Shown here piece by piece: positions 1-13,224 of a stretch of DNA of 64,000 bases. The stretch comes from Octopus vulgaris (Eukaryota): contig OX597817.1 of assembly GCA_951406725.2 (NCBI GenBank), positions 138,880,001 to 138,944,000 of the forward strand, in the 5' to 3' direction. The translations under genes and the position numbers were made by a program. The number at the start of each line of letters is the position of its first letter. Positions within the stretch are counted from its first letter, which is position 1. The notes under the pieces were generated by a model. It did not search any database and was not told where the DNA came from. It saw only the letters and a list, made by a program, of their open reading frames with translations.

Positions 1-165
1 GTGGTGGTGGTGGTGGTGGTGGTGGTGGTGATGATGATAGTTGCGATAGTCGTGGCCGTCGCGGTGGCTCTACAGTGGTGATAGTGATAGTGATTTATGA
101 TAAAGATGCTGGTTGGTTGAATGATTGATGGTTGTGGTGGTGGTAGCGGTGGTGGTGGCGGTGGC
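1..165. repeat. (GGT)n/(GAT)n trinucleotide microsatellite, degenerate
   Basis: Runs of ggtggtggt and gatgat visible directly. Confidence 0.85.
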
Positions 166-379
166 ATAGGCTTAGCCCATTTTAATCTCCCTCCTATGCT
201 CTCACCAAAATGCCTACAGCGAAATCTAGAGAGAGAAACCCTATTTGTTTCCCTCCAACCAGTCACAGAAATGGATAAGGGCGCTCCTCGGGTTCCTCAC
301 ACAAAAACACAATGAAACATTTACAATATCATTTTACTTTTTCTAAGTTTTTTTCTTTCATCTCAGCAAAAATTCTCAA

Positions 380-595
380 TTCTCTCCCTTTTCTATGTTC
401 CCTATTTTACTCCCGCTCACTTTTTCGTGGTCCCTCTTCCCTCTTTCACTACGTCTCCCTTCTCTGTTCACTATTTCTCTACCTCTCCCGTATTTTACAA
501 AATCTCCCTTCTCTGTTCCCTATTTCACTACTTCTCCCTTTCTCGTGGTCCCTGTTCGCTATTTTACCATTTCTCCCTTCTCTATGTCCCTTACT
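380..595. repeat. Degenerate CT-rich minisatellite
   Basis: Recurrent tctcccttctctgttccctattt(c/t)ac and tcgtggtccct motifs. Confidence 0.6.
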
Positions 596-1285
596 GTGTC
601 TTTGTTGTTTTTCCTTGAAAACCCTGAATTTCCAGATCTGTGTTTTTTATATTTCCAGTTTGTTGTTGTTTACCCCAGGCCAACCTTTACTGCTTACACT
701 CATGATCTTGTAACAGTGGCCACCCATGCTTTCACTCGGGTAGATCTAGAATTACTATATTCGTTGTGTTCCTCAATTTTCAAAACAAAAGTGAATCATT
801 TAACGTAGAATTGGTTGATGTTTCTAGCCTTTCGAGTAGCCACGGTACCGTCGATGGTTCGTCACGTTTCAAATGTATATCTTAGATAATTCCACTCACG
901 CCCACCCCTCTGCACTGTCTCTCATCTTATTACAAACAGTCACCCAACTACACCCCTTACGTCAAGTCTCAACCCTGCCTCCAAAACTTCTCTCGATATT
1001 CTACCGGAAGTACAAATGGTACCCCCGACCTAACCCTCCACAGGACCATACATTTCTTCTGGCCACTAAATATACTTGTAATTATAATTATTCGACAGCC
1101 ACATATTTTTACCATTAAAACTTTAATACCCTCAAAATATACAACCTCACATATACACTCTGCATATACACATACCCCCACCCAATTACCCCCTGGTCCT
1201 ACCACTCACCTTATTTTGATATCTCTCCACTCACACTTGTTTGCTGTCTATGAACTTCCTTATTTTTCAATATCGTTCTCCAGCT

Positions 1286-1412
1286 ATGTATGTATGCGTG
1301 GATGTATGCATGTATATATGTATGTATATATATATGTATATATGTATGTAAGTGTGTATGTATGTATGTATGTATGTATGTATGTATGTATGTATGTATG
1401 TATGTATGTATA
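1286..1412. repeat. (TATG)n microsatellite
   Basis: Direct observation. Confidence 0.95.
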
Positions 1413-2347
1413 GGGAAGCTTCTGTCTACTAAAGTTCACTCCGAAGATCCTTCGTCGAGATTTCACACCACGGGACAGGTTCAATAGTTACGGCCATTTA
1501 GGCTGTGGGTTCAAATCTCGATGAGAAAATATAGTACCAAGCAAATACTAGAATTGATGTAATTGACCTGTCTCCCCACCCTCACCATAATCCATGGCCT
1601 AAATTAGAAAGTGTTATTAACACTGTCTCACAACCGAAGACAGTGTTTTTAGAATCGTTTGTTGCGTATTCTTGTCAATAGCTCCGTCCCCGCTAGACCG
1701 CCCTGTAACAACTGTTAGGACCCATGGTCATATACAGTGATGGGTATCCTTCGTCTCAACAGAGCTCCCTAAAGTACCAGAGTGGATAAATATCTTCATA
1801 AAAGGTCAGGCTGACCTTGAACTTACCGTTCATCCTTTTCTTCTTTTTTCTTTTCTTTTGCTTGTTATTCAGTTTTTTTTTTCTTCCCAAAGCTTTTCCA
1901 CCCATTTGCTAAACTAGCTACGCGATTACCTCCCTTACACGGACCATATAGTGTGTACGCTTGCGTGTACATGTACAAACGTACATATATACTACATACA
2001 TACGACTATCATCCGAACCGCCAAGTATGGCTTTGCGCATCGAACAGCCCTCAACATGTGGCCGAAGCCTTCTGGTCTTTTTCCAAAATGCTCTCTTTCA
2101 ACTTCGGGGAATCTTCTTTGTAGCTTCTCAAACATGACGGCTCTGTAAACAGAACTCTCATAAAAAGTGTCCATATTTACAACCAATTTTATCTCGAACT
2201 CCTTACAAGGTACATCTCTTTCTAAAGCCCTATTCATTCTGAACTTACCATCATGCCAAGTGCAATAACATGTTCACTCCCCACAAAACAACGTCCCCTC
2301 TTCCATTAACCTCAGTCAAACAACCCATAGTTAGCTCTTACCCTAAA

Positions 2348-2481
2348 TACATACATACATACATACATACATACATACATACATACATACATACATACAT
2401 ACATACATACATACATACATACATAGGTATACAGATATATCTGTATATACATATACACATACATACAAAGATGTGTGTGTA

Positions 2482-2520
<39 letters not shown>
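2348..2520. repeat. (TACA)n plus (TG)n microsatellite
   Basis: Direct observation. Confidence 0.95.
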
Positions 2521-2521
<1 letters not shown>

Positions 2522-2529
2522 ACTCTTCA

Positions 2530-2968
2530 GTATTTAATCATTTAAATTCCTTCTTCTGTGAAGAAAGAGCTGGTTTCTAACAAATATACAAAGCTCCATC
2601 TTTGAAATGTAGATAACAAAACTCTGCCACATTTTAAACCCGAGAAAAGTCTTGCATAGTTTCACTGCTTCACTTACACTCTGTATTTCTAATGTCCGAA
2701 TCAGTTGGAGCATTTCTTTTTTCTGAAAATCCAAGCTTATCCAGACCGATAGTTAGGCATTTAATTACAAAACCGAGTGCTCCAATTATTATTATTGGTA
2801 TAAATGTGAATTTATAATCCGGATAAAGAAGATGGAGGTTTCGAAGCAGTTGTCCGTAGTTATCTTCTTTGATTTCCAAAGAGATATTCACATCAGCAGG
2901 TCAGGTGACCTATGTGGCGGTACATACGTTTTTTTTTTGTGAATCCCAAGTAACAATATCCAGCTTAT
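2530..2968 (-). mobile_element. R4/Dong-like non-LTR retrotransposon 3' fragment (restriction-like endonuclease C-terminus), frameshifted
   Basis: Fragments DIVTWD...NISLEIKEDNYGQLLRNLHLLYPDYKFTFIPIIIIGALG...KLCKTFLGF are homologous to copies at 5187-5489, 13470-13694 and 33890-34492; shared 3' UTR motif gttagaaacc. Confidence 0.8.
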
Positions 2969-3885
2969 TGTACGTACGTATGTATGTATGCATGTATGTA
3001 TGTATGTATGTATGTATGTATGTATGTATGTATGTATGTATGTATGTATGTATGTATGTATGTATGTATGTATGTATGTATGCATGTATGTATGTATGTA
3101 TGTATGTATGCATGCATGTGCGTATGCATGTATGTATGTATGTATGTATGTATGTATGTATGTATGTATGTATGTATGTATGTATGTATGTATGTATGTA
3201 TGTATGTATGTATGTATGCATGTATGTATGTATGTATGTTTGTATGTATGTTTGTATGTATGTATGTTTGTTTGTTTGTTTGTATGTATGTATGCATGTA
3301 TGTATGTATGTTTGTATGTTTGTATGTTTGTTTGTATGTATGTATGTATGTTTGTATGTTTGTATGTATGTATGTATGTATGTATGTATGTATGTATGTA
3401 TGTATGTATGTATGTACGTATGTATGCATGTACGTATGTATGCATGTACGTATGCATGTATGTATGTATGTATGTATGTATGTATGTATGTATGTATGTA
3501 TGTATATATGCATGCATGTACGTATGCATGTGTGTGTGTATGTATGTATGTATGTATGTTTGTATGTATGTATGTATGTATGTATGTTTGTATGTATGTT
3601 TGTATGTATGTTTGTATGTATGTATGTTTGTTTGTTTGTTTGTATGTATGTATGTTTGTATGTTTGTATGTATATATGTATGTATGCATGTACGTATGCA
3701 TGTATGTATGTATGTATGTATGTACGTATGTATGCATGTACGTATGTATGCATGTACGTATGCATGTGTGTGTGTATGTATGTATGTATGTATGTATGTA
3801 TGTATGTATGTATGTATGTATGTATATATGTATGCATGTACGTATGCATGTGTGTGTGTGTATGTATGTATGTATGTATGTTTGT
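2969..3885. repeat. ~0.9 kb (TATG)n array with TTTG/CATG/TACG variant units
   Basis: Direct observation; source of the MYVC/HTYI pseudo-ORFs. Confidence 0.97.
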
Positions 3886-4128
3886 TTTTTCCCGCTACTA
3901 ATCATCAAAAGGTAAAAAAAAAAAAAGAAGCAAGGGAGTTAACTCCTGCAAACTTAAGTGATCGAAATCTGCGGTAACGTTCGACCAGCGTTTATTTGAG
4001 GACGGAATAGTACTTTGGTGAAGGCTTAGGATCAGTTGAAAAAAAAGGGCCGTGAGTAAGAAATGAAACTTCCAACTAAGTTTCAAATTAAAATTTCTTT
4101 TAAACACACACGCACGCTTGGATGTGTA

Positions 4129-4207
<79 letters not shown>

Positions 4208-4757
4208 CGTGTGTGTGTGCGCATACTTGTAGACTACTAAATTAATTTTGCCCTTTATGGTAGGGCACATGTTTCCTTTTTCTTTGGGGAAGCAGTGGTA
4301 AACAATTTTGATTCACATGGTTCTACTGAAAGTAATGGAGATGGTTCTGTACTTAACATGATCACCTCAGAGTGATTATATTCACTCTTACCATATTGCC
4401 AAAACTTCGAAATCACTGTCATCACTATTTCTGTACAAATATTATCCATATGCACCATACAAAATGTATAGGATAATTCCCTACAGAAATGTAAAGTTGT
4501 TACATAAATACAAACATTTATGCGTGTGTGTATAAATATATACTTTTATATACATGCTTAAACATACATACACACACAAACATTTGTATATATATATATG
4601 TATGTATTGCATTTATTTATATATGAATGTCGAGATTTGTCTGGAGACCTTGTGCACGCAGAGGCAAAATAAAGAGTAACAAGTGACTGACTTGATCCCA
4701 AAATAGCTTCATATTTGTGCGCGTACCTGTGTGTATGTGTGTGTATACATACAGATG

Positions 4758-4823
<66 letters not shown>

Positions 4824-5059
4824 CGTACATACATACATACATACATACATACATACATACATACATACATACACACACATACATGCATTCATACATACAT
4901 ACACACATACACACATACATACATACATATATACATACATACATACACACACACATACATACATACATACATACATACATACATACATACATACATACAT
5001 ACATACATACATACATACATACATACATACATACATACATACATACATACATACATACA

Positions 5060-5121
<62 letters not shown>
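4758..5121. repeat. (GATA)n followed by (CATA)n microsatellite
   Basis: Direct observation. Confidence 0.95.
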
Positions 5122-5122
<1 letters not shown>

Positions 5123-6068
5123 TACCCACATCATAAAATATACGCACAACAGACCTGATATAATAATTTGAGATAGAGAAGAGAAAATGAGCAAAGTTGT
5201 GGAAATCAGCTGCCCAGCGTATGTTGACATAAAGCTGAAAATCACTGAAAAAGAGAACACCTATGCTGAACTATTGAGGAATCTGCAGCTATTCTATCCA
5301 GATTACAAGTTCAGGTTTGTACCTGTAATTATTGGGGTATTAGGATATGTAACACACTGCCTAAATGCCACTCTTGAGAAATTAGGCTTCTCAAAACCAG
5401 AAAGGAGAAAGCTGATTCGAAGACTACAAATCCAATCCATCACTGGAATTGTAAAAGTCTGTAAAACTGTCCAGAAGTATATTATTTAAATATATTTATG
5501 AGCATGTCTAGATATGGAGCCCTGAAATATGTAACACACTGCCAAAATACCAACCTTGAGAAATTAGGCTTCTGAAAACTATAGAGGAGTAAGCTGAATC
5601 GAAAACTACAGACATACACGCATGCATATATATATATATATATCTTTATATATAAAAGTGAAGTTGTGTGAGTGTCTGTCTCCTACGATTTAGATTCCTA
5701 ACTACTCCCACATTTTGTGGTGCAGTTTAACCAAAAGCGGGTATCTTATAGTCGTGATTCATATCGAGCCCTTCTGGGTATTAGTGCGCGTCTACGATAA
5801 GTCTATGCATGTTTTAAAAAAAATTAACATCATTTTTTCCCATTTTTAATGCATTTTTTTTGCTATTATATAAGGGAAGTAACTCTCTAAAAATGCTTAT
5901 ATAGTTATTTCCCTTACAAAACCGAGCAACGCCGGGCGATACTGCTAGTATATATATATACAAAAATACCATGTTGTTAAAATTCCAATGAAAGAACCAT
6001 GATTCTAGGTTAGAAACCTGCTCTTTCTCTATTGGCGTGAAATCTTGAAACAAAACTAAATAACGACG
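5122..6068 (+). mobile_element. 5'-truncated R4/Dong-like LINE (REL endonuclease end plus 3' UTR), with a partial internal duplication and a nested Helitron
   Basis: RPDIII.DREEKMSKVVEISCPAYVDIKLKITEKENTYAELLRNLQ...IGVLG (PD..D-E-K REL fold); 5527-5612 repeats about 5345-5430; 3' UTR 5970-6068 matches 34647-34740. Confidence 0.85.
5643..5948 (+). mobile_element. Non-autonomous Helitron
   Basis: A|TC 5' end (5643), CTAG|T 3' end (5948), subterminal hairpin ccgagcaacgccgg (5922-5935), no TSD, inserted in (TA)n. Confidence 0.8.
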
Positions 6069-6739
6069 TACATACGCAGGTTTATGGTTCGGCCGCCGTC
6101 CGTGCAACATCTATATTCCTCCCGGTGCCTGTGAAATCTTGTATCCCTGCCGTAAGTCTTTACTTCCAAACACGCCAGCTTAATTTAATTCGTCCTTAGT
6201 CGAAAGACACCTGTTGTTATGTCCTGTTATTTGTATTTGTGTAGCATTCACCGTTTTTTTCCGTCCTTGATTTCGTATACATTTTTCTGCTTTCTTTCAA
6301 GGAATCTAATGCTCTTAGCTTAGTTTTTTTCTTGGGATTGGCCAGATTGGAGCAATCTTGAGTATAACCAGCTGAAATTGCAACGATGGTCTGGAACTCC
6401 ACTGAAGAAAGAAAACTCCGAATGACCTGTCCTTGTTTTCTTTGTATCGACTATCTGGATGTTTTGTTGTCCCCGTTTTTGTATCACCTAACTGTCTTGA
6501 CGTTTTTGCGTTCTTGTCCCATATATAATGAGAGAATTCTGAAAGGTCAATGAAATGACTCCGATATCCAGTTAGCCAAATGCTTAAGGAAAGCAATGAT
6601 TTACACACAGATCATAAACATCACAGTTTTGTCCAGCAGAAATGATATAACCGAAAAGTGTAAGGTAGTGGAAAAAACTGTTTTTCTCGATAATCAGCCC
6701 ACCCTCAGAAGTTAGTAAAACAGAAACAAGACTGCTTCG

Positions 6740-7240
6740 GTCAGATATTTAACGCACGTCTTACATAAATTTCTAATACCTGTTATTTCCTTTCCTCATT
6801 TCTGTAAAAGTTTCTTCATTGCCCACATTGGTGAAATTTTGTCTTTTAGTAGCTTGTAGTTTCCCATTTTTTCCAGCTCTTTATCACTCACTCGTACATT
6901 TATGATCTTCGTTTCCTTCTTCCTTTCATCCACTATATCAATGTCTGGTAACCGAGCATCGATTAGTGAGTCACACTGGATTGTAAAATCGCATAAGATT
7001 TTATATTCATTGGTGACACCCGGTTTATGGTCGTACTATTTCCGTGTTCTTCCAGGACCGTTTTCCTCACATAATCTCCAGCGAACAAACTTAGCCATGT
7101 TCTCCTGCTTCCCTTTATTGTTCTCTTTGAGCCAATTTGTTATACTCACTCACAACTTGTGGGATTGTTTCGTTTTTGTTGCCACACATCCTACAAAAGA
7201 GTGATTCTCTGCTTTATCTATTTGGAACTTGGTATCATTA
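6740..7240 (-). mobile_element. Degenerate R4/Dong-like LINE fragment (CCHC knuckle plus REL start)
   Basis: Minus strand reads FCRMCGNKNETIPQVVSE..KLAQ and YKILCDFTIQCDSLIDARLPDIDIVD with stops/frameshifts. Confidence 0.7.
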
Positions 7241-7277
7241 AATAAAGAAATCATCGTTATTATTATTATTATTATTA

Positions 7278-7660
7278 TATATGAAAGCTCACAGCTTATT
7301 TTGCTGGGTATGATGGAAAGTGTCAGCTGTCCACAGCCAGCAGACTAAGGTGACACTTGTTTTACTGGTCATGCTTCGAGAACCCTGAGAAGAATTCTTG
7401 CAGTTCCAAGGGATACTGATTTCTCTTAGGTGTTCTACCTTCACATTTGCACCAATCTTTTTCAGCCATGTTGGTAATTGAGTGCTGATACTTCAAAGTG
7501 CACCAATTACTATTGGTATCACGTCTACTCCCTTCATTGACCACAACGTTCGAATTTCCCGCTTCAAATCGTCATAGTTGTTCATTTTTTATTTTTTCAC
7601 TTTGAGCCTGTTGTCACCGGGGAATGCTATGTCGATTATCATACATGTTCTTTCTCTCGA
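7278..7660 (-). mobile_element. R4/Dong-like LINE 3' end embedded in (TAA)n
   Basis: Minus strand IIDIAFPGDNRL...YDDLKREIRTLWSMKGVDVIPIVIGAL then short 3' UTR and (TAA)n; (ATT)n tracts on both sides. Confidence 0.75.
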
Positions 7661-7669
7661 TTATCATAC

Positions 7670-7670
7670 A

Positions 7671-7733
<63 letters not shown>

Positions 7734-7745
7734 CATTATTATCAT
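7670..7745. repeat. (ATT)n microsatellite just upstream of a splice acceptor
   Basis: Direct observation. Confidence 0.95.
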
Positions 7746-7761
7746 TGTCTCTCTTTTACAG

Positions 7762-8129
7762 ATGGTGGCACTGATGATGAGACCCCAAGTCGAGCGATGT
7801 CTTCAAGTGACAGTTCCAAGAAAACAGACCTTGATATAGAATTATGCTCCACAGAGTCATCGTTAGCAAAACGACGGAAATTAACAAGCCACAAACTAGA
7901 CATTAAAGCGGAAAAAAGCGATCTACCCAATTTCGGGGCAGCCTACAGGTTTCCCTTGTGCGCAGGCCCCCAATTTTTCTATCCTCCCGTTCTTTCATAT
8001 CCATATTTAACATCTTCACTGTCAAATACCAGTCACTTGATGTCGGCTTCTGGCTTTGCTTGGTCTAGTGCATTTCCCTCGCTGCTGGCACATTCGGCGA
8101 ATCATGTACCTCCTGGAAAATCACCATAA
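7762..8129 (+). CDS. Probable terminal coding exon of a host gene whose upstream exons were not found; Ser/Pro-rich C-terminus with NLS-like KRRK, transcription-factor-like
   Basis: Strong acceptor tctctcttttacag ending 7761 (phase 1); non-repetitive open frame (D)GGTDDETPSRAMSSSDSS...AKRRKL...QFFYPPVLSYPYL...VPPGKSP* to TAA 8127-8129; higher GC than flanks; AT-rich 3' UTR with AATAAA. Confidence 0.7.
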
Positions 8130-8190
8130 AAGACACAGATCCGAAAGTTGGAATATATTTAATTACGTTCTTCTGAATTCATATTTAAAT

Positions 8191-8196
8191 AATAAA
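8191..8196 (+). promoter_or_regulatory. Candidate polyadenylation signal AATAAA
   Basis: AATAAA about 60 nt after the stop codon; further AATAAA copies nearby, so exact site uncertain. Confidence 0.35.
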
Positions 8197-10047
8197 AATC
8201 AGAAGAAAATAAAACGAAATAAAATCACAAGACGTTCGATGTGTGAATACAGAAATCATGAAACGTTTATTAATGACAGATAAAAATGATTAATTATAAA
8301 GTTAACAAAACAAAAACTAAATAAATATATAAAAAAATACAAAGAGGACTTTCGAGGTAAAAACTATCGGAATGTTTATCATAAGACGAATTCTTGATTT
8401 ACCATATTTGTCATGTTTTATACAGATGCACGTTATTAATATCCAAAGAGATGGAACGCCGTTATATGTGTGTGAGAGTACGAATATACATATATGTATA
8501 CGTATATATCATATTATATATAAATATCACATTTTATGTACATCACATTATCAATATATATATATATATACACACACACATACATATACTATACATATGT
8601 ATATACACATATATGTGTGTGCGTGTGTGGGGGGAGTGTGTGTGTGTGTGCGATATGACACAACGATAGTATCGAACAATCGGGTCATTATTGAGTAGAG
8701 CACTCGATAATGGGCAAATTAATCGAAACGGTTGTTGTGTCATTCTTTTAGAGTATGAACTCTATACTTGTATCATGTATTGAGTACTACATTTGAAAGT
8801 AGTCCAGTTCGATTGAACCAATTTCAAACGAGATGATATAATGTGCGTGCGTGCGTGCGTGTGTGTATGTGTGTGTGTATGTGTGTGTGTGTGTGTGTGT
8901 ATGGAGTGACTGAATGACTCCACGCGTGTCTGAATGTAATTAAGCGAACAAGTACTCAATACCGGTGAAGTATAGTAACTTATATTCAAAGCTAAATATA
9001 GGTGAGCAGCTACTTCTGTTTCTCTTCTCTGCTTCGAGTGAAATATGGCGCATACTCAAAGTTTCGCCTTTCGCTTTTCGCAAAATGTCGACCACAGCGA
9101 CCGCGAACCACCTGAGAGATAAAATTGCAGGTAAAAATCCCGTGTTTCAAATGAGACGAACAGTGTTCTCCATTTTACTTATTGAGTTCTTTTTTATCAA
9201 AAGTTACACACACATGTATATGTGCGTGTGAGTATATGTACATATATATGTATGTGTGTGTGTGTATATGTATGTATGTATGAATGTATGTATATATGTT
9301 TGTATTATGTATGTATGCATATATATAGTTTTGATTAAGGGATCTCGAAGCACACAAAGCTATAAATAATCGCATGTAAATATTGGATCAAAAAACGCAT
9401 TAGATAGAAAAAGTTGGTTACCCGTATGATTCGAACTCGCATCTCTTGTGTATACGACTGGAATTCTGCTATTGGAGCAATGTATTCTTTCGAATCTTTC
9501 CATCCAATTTATGACGTCAACAACGTGCAATTTGTGTTAGTAAGAATGAACTTTCTAAATTGGAGGCAGAAATTCGGTGGTTTACTTTGGTCCATTGGTA
9601 GAACACCTTACATGTCAAAAGAAGATGTGGTTTCCAGTCCCACGGGTACCCTTCGACTTTTTTCTTTATCTAATATTTACATAGCATTATTTATAATATG
9701 CTTCGAGATCCAGTTCCAAAAAAGAAATTATTTCACATTTTCTAGAGAATTTTTGAATACTTATAACAAACGTAAAAGAATAAGGATTTGGAATCCGAGC
9801 AAGTACCTTATAAGCACTCTGATACAATCCAGACGTGACTAACCACATCGAATGATAGGGAACATACACAGCTGTGTAAGATAAACAATCACACAGTCCT
9901 TCACTAGATCGATTGATCCTGAGTTCCTTGCTTCATTGCGTTTCCTACAACAGGCAGAACCAAGACATCCTAAAGAAGAAAAGAGATTACAGCCTCAAAA
10001 GTTCTTTATTAAAAGATTATTCTCATTGAATTCACATTAAATTTAAT

Positions 10048-10252
10048 TCTTCTACATGCTTCAGTCATTTGACTGCGACCATGCTGGAGCGCCGCTTTTA
10101 GTCGAGCAAACTGACCCCCAGGACTTATTCTTTGTAAGCCTAGTACTTATTCTGTCGGCCTCTTTTGCCGAACCGCTAACCTACGGGGACGTAAACACAC
10201 CAACATCAGTTGTCAAGCGATGGTGGGGAGACAAACATAAACACACAATCAT

Positions 10253-10312
<60 letters not shown>

Positions 10313-10454
10313 GACGGGCTTCTTTCAGTTTCCACCAACCAAATCCACTCACAAGGCTTTGGTCGACCCGAGGCTATAGTAGAAGACACTTACCCAAGGT
10401 GTCAGGCAGTGAGACTGAACCCAGAACCATATGATTGGGAAGCAAGCTACTTAC
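10048..10454 (-). mobile_element. SINE family A (tRNA-related head, internal (TA)n/(TG)n, tail ...ccagcatggccgcagtcaaatgactgaaac)
   Basis: Reverse complement of the copy at 30145-30544. Confidence 0.85.
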
Positions 10455-10546
10455 TGTTATAATACTGTATTGAGAATAATACTGTAATAAACAAATTTTG
10501 AATATGTATAATCTTCCATTCTCCTTGACGATACCATGATCATATA

Positions 10547-10603
<57 letters not shown>

Positions 10604-10768
10604 GAGATAGGGGTTGTAAATGCAACCCTCCATGGGATAATATATATCCAATATACTGCTAGTGAAGTACCCAACAAAGTTAATACATAAATGTTAATGA
10701 TTGCGATGCAATCAATTCATTTACTGTATTATATGGGCAAAGGTAAAATGATTTACCACAAATTACTA

Positions 10769-10992
10769 ATACAAGATAAGAAACTGGAGAAATACATCTA
10801 AATCAAATATCAATTACCAGATAATACTCAATCGCATACTTTATTAAACCACCACATAAGAGACTGTAGGGTTAGATATAAAAAGCAAACCCTACAGTCT
10901 CTTATGTGGTGGTTTAATAAAGTATGTGACTGAGTATAATCTGGTAATTGATATTTTATTTAGATGTATTTCTCCATTTTCTTATCTTGTAT
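10769..10992. repeat. Foldback inverted repeat: 105-bp arms, 14-nt spacer, 5 mismatches
   Basis: 10769-10873 is the reverse complement of 10888-10992 (checked base by base); lies between (TA)n tracts. Confidence 0.9.
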
Positions 10993-10994
10993 AT

Positions 10995-11079
<85 letters not shown>

Positions 11080-12922
11080 CACATAAGTGTGAAACAAGGT
11101 AGATAAAATAGTACTCGAATACCGGAGGTAGAGTAATATGCTTTATTAATGAAGCTGTATGCATACAGAGAAGCGATAAGCTGACCGAATCAGTAAAGTT
11201 TCGGGAGAATGCCTTGCATATTTCTTCCCCGCCCTTTGTTTCCTGAGTTCAAATCTCACCGAGATCAATTTCGCCTTTCATCTTTTTGAGAGTCGATAAA
11301 ATAAAGCGCCAGTCAATTATCGGAGCGATGTGATCGATTGACCTCCTCCTCCTCCTCCTCCTCTCAAAATTGCCGGCCTTCTTACGTGCGCATAAGAAAT
11401 GATATCGTTAGCGGAGAAGAAATAAATAAGAATGTGGAACGGAGCTGAGAGTTGTCGAATGGAAGATGTTCTGTTGAAATGGTGTTATCTCCAAACATTT
11501 TAATTTATTCTAGACTTTTATTATCTGAAACACGTAAAATTAATTCATTGTTGTTATTTTTGTTTGTCTATTCCCAGTTATCCTTTAACTGCACACTCAT
11601 GTATACATGTATACACCCTTACAAGTGACACTGTCATTCCACAGAATTTCCTGTCGAGGAAACTGAAAAAAAAAATGAATCAATAAATGAAAAAAAGAGC
11701 AATTGAATAAATTATTAATAAAGTATTGATTTGTCTTTTATAATCAATATTTGTCTTTTGTAATCAATAAAGTCTAAGGTCACAAGACCAAACGTAGCAA
11801 AGGTGCAGTGCATGAGGTCTCCAATTCTATCTGTCAATAGAACTCTAGTTTATTGTTACTAACATTCTAAGATCAGTCATAAACACTTGTCCACGTCTCG
11901 TAGAACTGTGAGAATATTCTTTTAAAAATTCCATCCGCAAACAGAGCAAAATTTCTAAAGTGTATTTGAACTGATTAAGTGGTTTATAATCTATACACCC
12001 ATCTCTTTCACTTCTAGTTTTATAATAAATAATCAAATATAAATATCTGTTGTGGAATATCGTGGAATTCACTTGGATCGAGTCTTCTAAATTGGGTCCA
12101 AGATTCGTAGCTAGTTGAGCCGAAATATATCACTAAGATTCCCAAGATGTGCCGGATAATTTTATTTGACAAATACATATAATTCACTGTTAAAAGTGAT
12201 CCCAAATATTAGTAAAATTAATTAAAATAATTGGTAGTGATTCACCCGACCCTGAAAGAAGTATTAATCGGAAAATTCTAAACTGGAGAAATGGCGACAA
12301 ACGACATAAACTAAATAAATGCTGAAGATGCGATTTATTGTGGCAGCCTTTTCGTTTCAGTCACTTGCTCAATATCTGTTAGAAAAGAGCATGAATGCCA
12401 CAACACCGTCTCATTACTTTATCCTTCTATAAATACCGTGTCATATAAAAGGAAGTAAGATAGCTCACTTCACCAATGAGATAACGTTGGTTTCATATTA
12501 TTACGATGGTAAGCGGATTAAAACAGCAGTGTACGTACTTCTATTAAGACCCAGCACCAAACTAAAATATTATATGTTAATTATTTATTGTTACGATAAT
12601 TATAATTATAATTGTAGAAGAATAATTAGGAAGAATAACGATTCAGTGCAGATTGAGGGTGTTAGTCCGAGGTAGAGAGATTTCTTCCTTGCAGAATTTT
12701 GCCTTCCCTTTTGCATCCAGCATGACGAAGTACAAGTCTCCAAAACGTCGGTTGCCTTCAAAACCTAATATCTTGACTCTATACTGGTATACCTTGATTT
12801 TGTGCATTGATTGTGTTTTCTTTCATATCTTTACATGTGCGTGTGCATGTGTGCATGTGTGCATGTGTGCATGTGTGCATGTGTGCATGTGTGTGCGTAC
12901 ATATAAATGTGTTTGTATACAT

Positions 12923-13030
<108 letters not shown>

Positions 13031-13224
13031 CACATAGATATTTACATACGTATATTGATAGATATGTATGCAAAAATGTACGTGTGCATGTACGTACATA
13101 TGTATATATAGATAAATAAACAGATAAACAGATAACATGCATATATAAATACATCCATCCATACATACATGCATACATACATATACATACATACATACAT
13201 GTATATATTTTACTGCAGGAAAAG

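Noticed and set aside
1951-2340. Minus-strand ORF 1992-2237 with protein-like composition
   Set aside because: No recognisable domain or splice context; possibly an old repeat fragment
2869-3977. Long 200-350 aa ORFs (MYVC/HTYI repeats), also near 31, 35 and 37 kb
   Set aside because: Translations of stop-free (TATG)n microsatellites, open in many frames on both strands
4255-4480. Minus-strand frame preceded by an acceptor-like tttctgtag
   Set aside because: No recognisable protein motif and no partner exons; insufficient support
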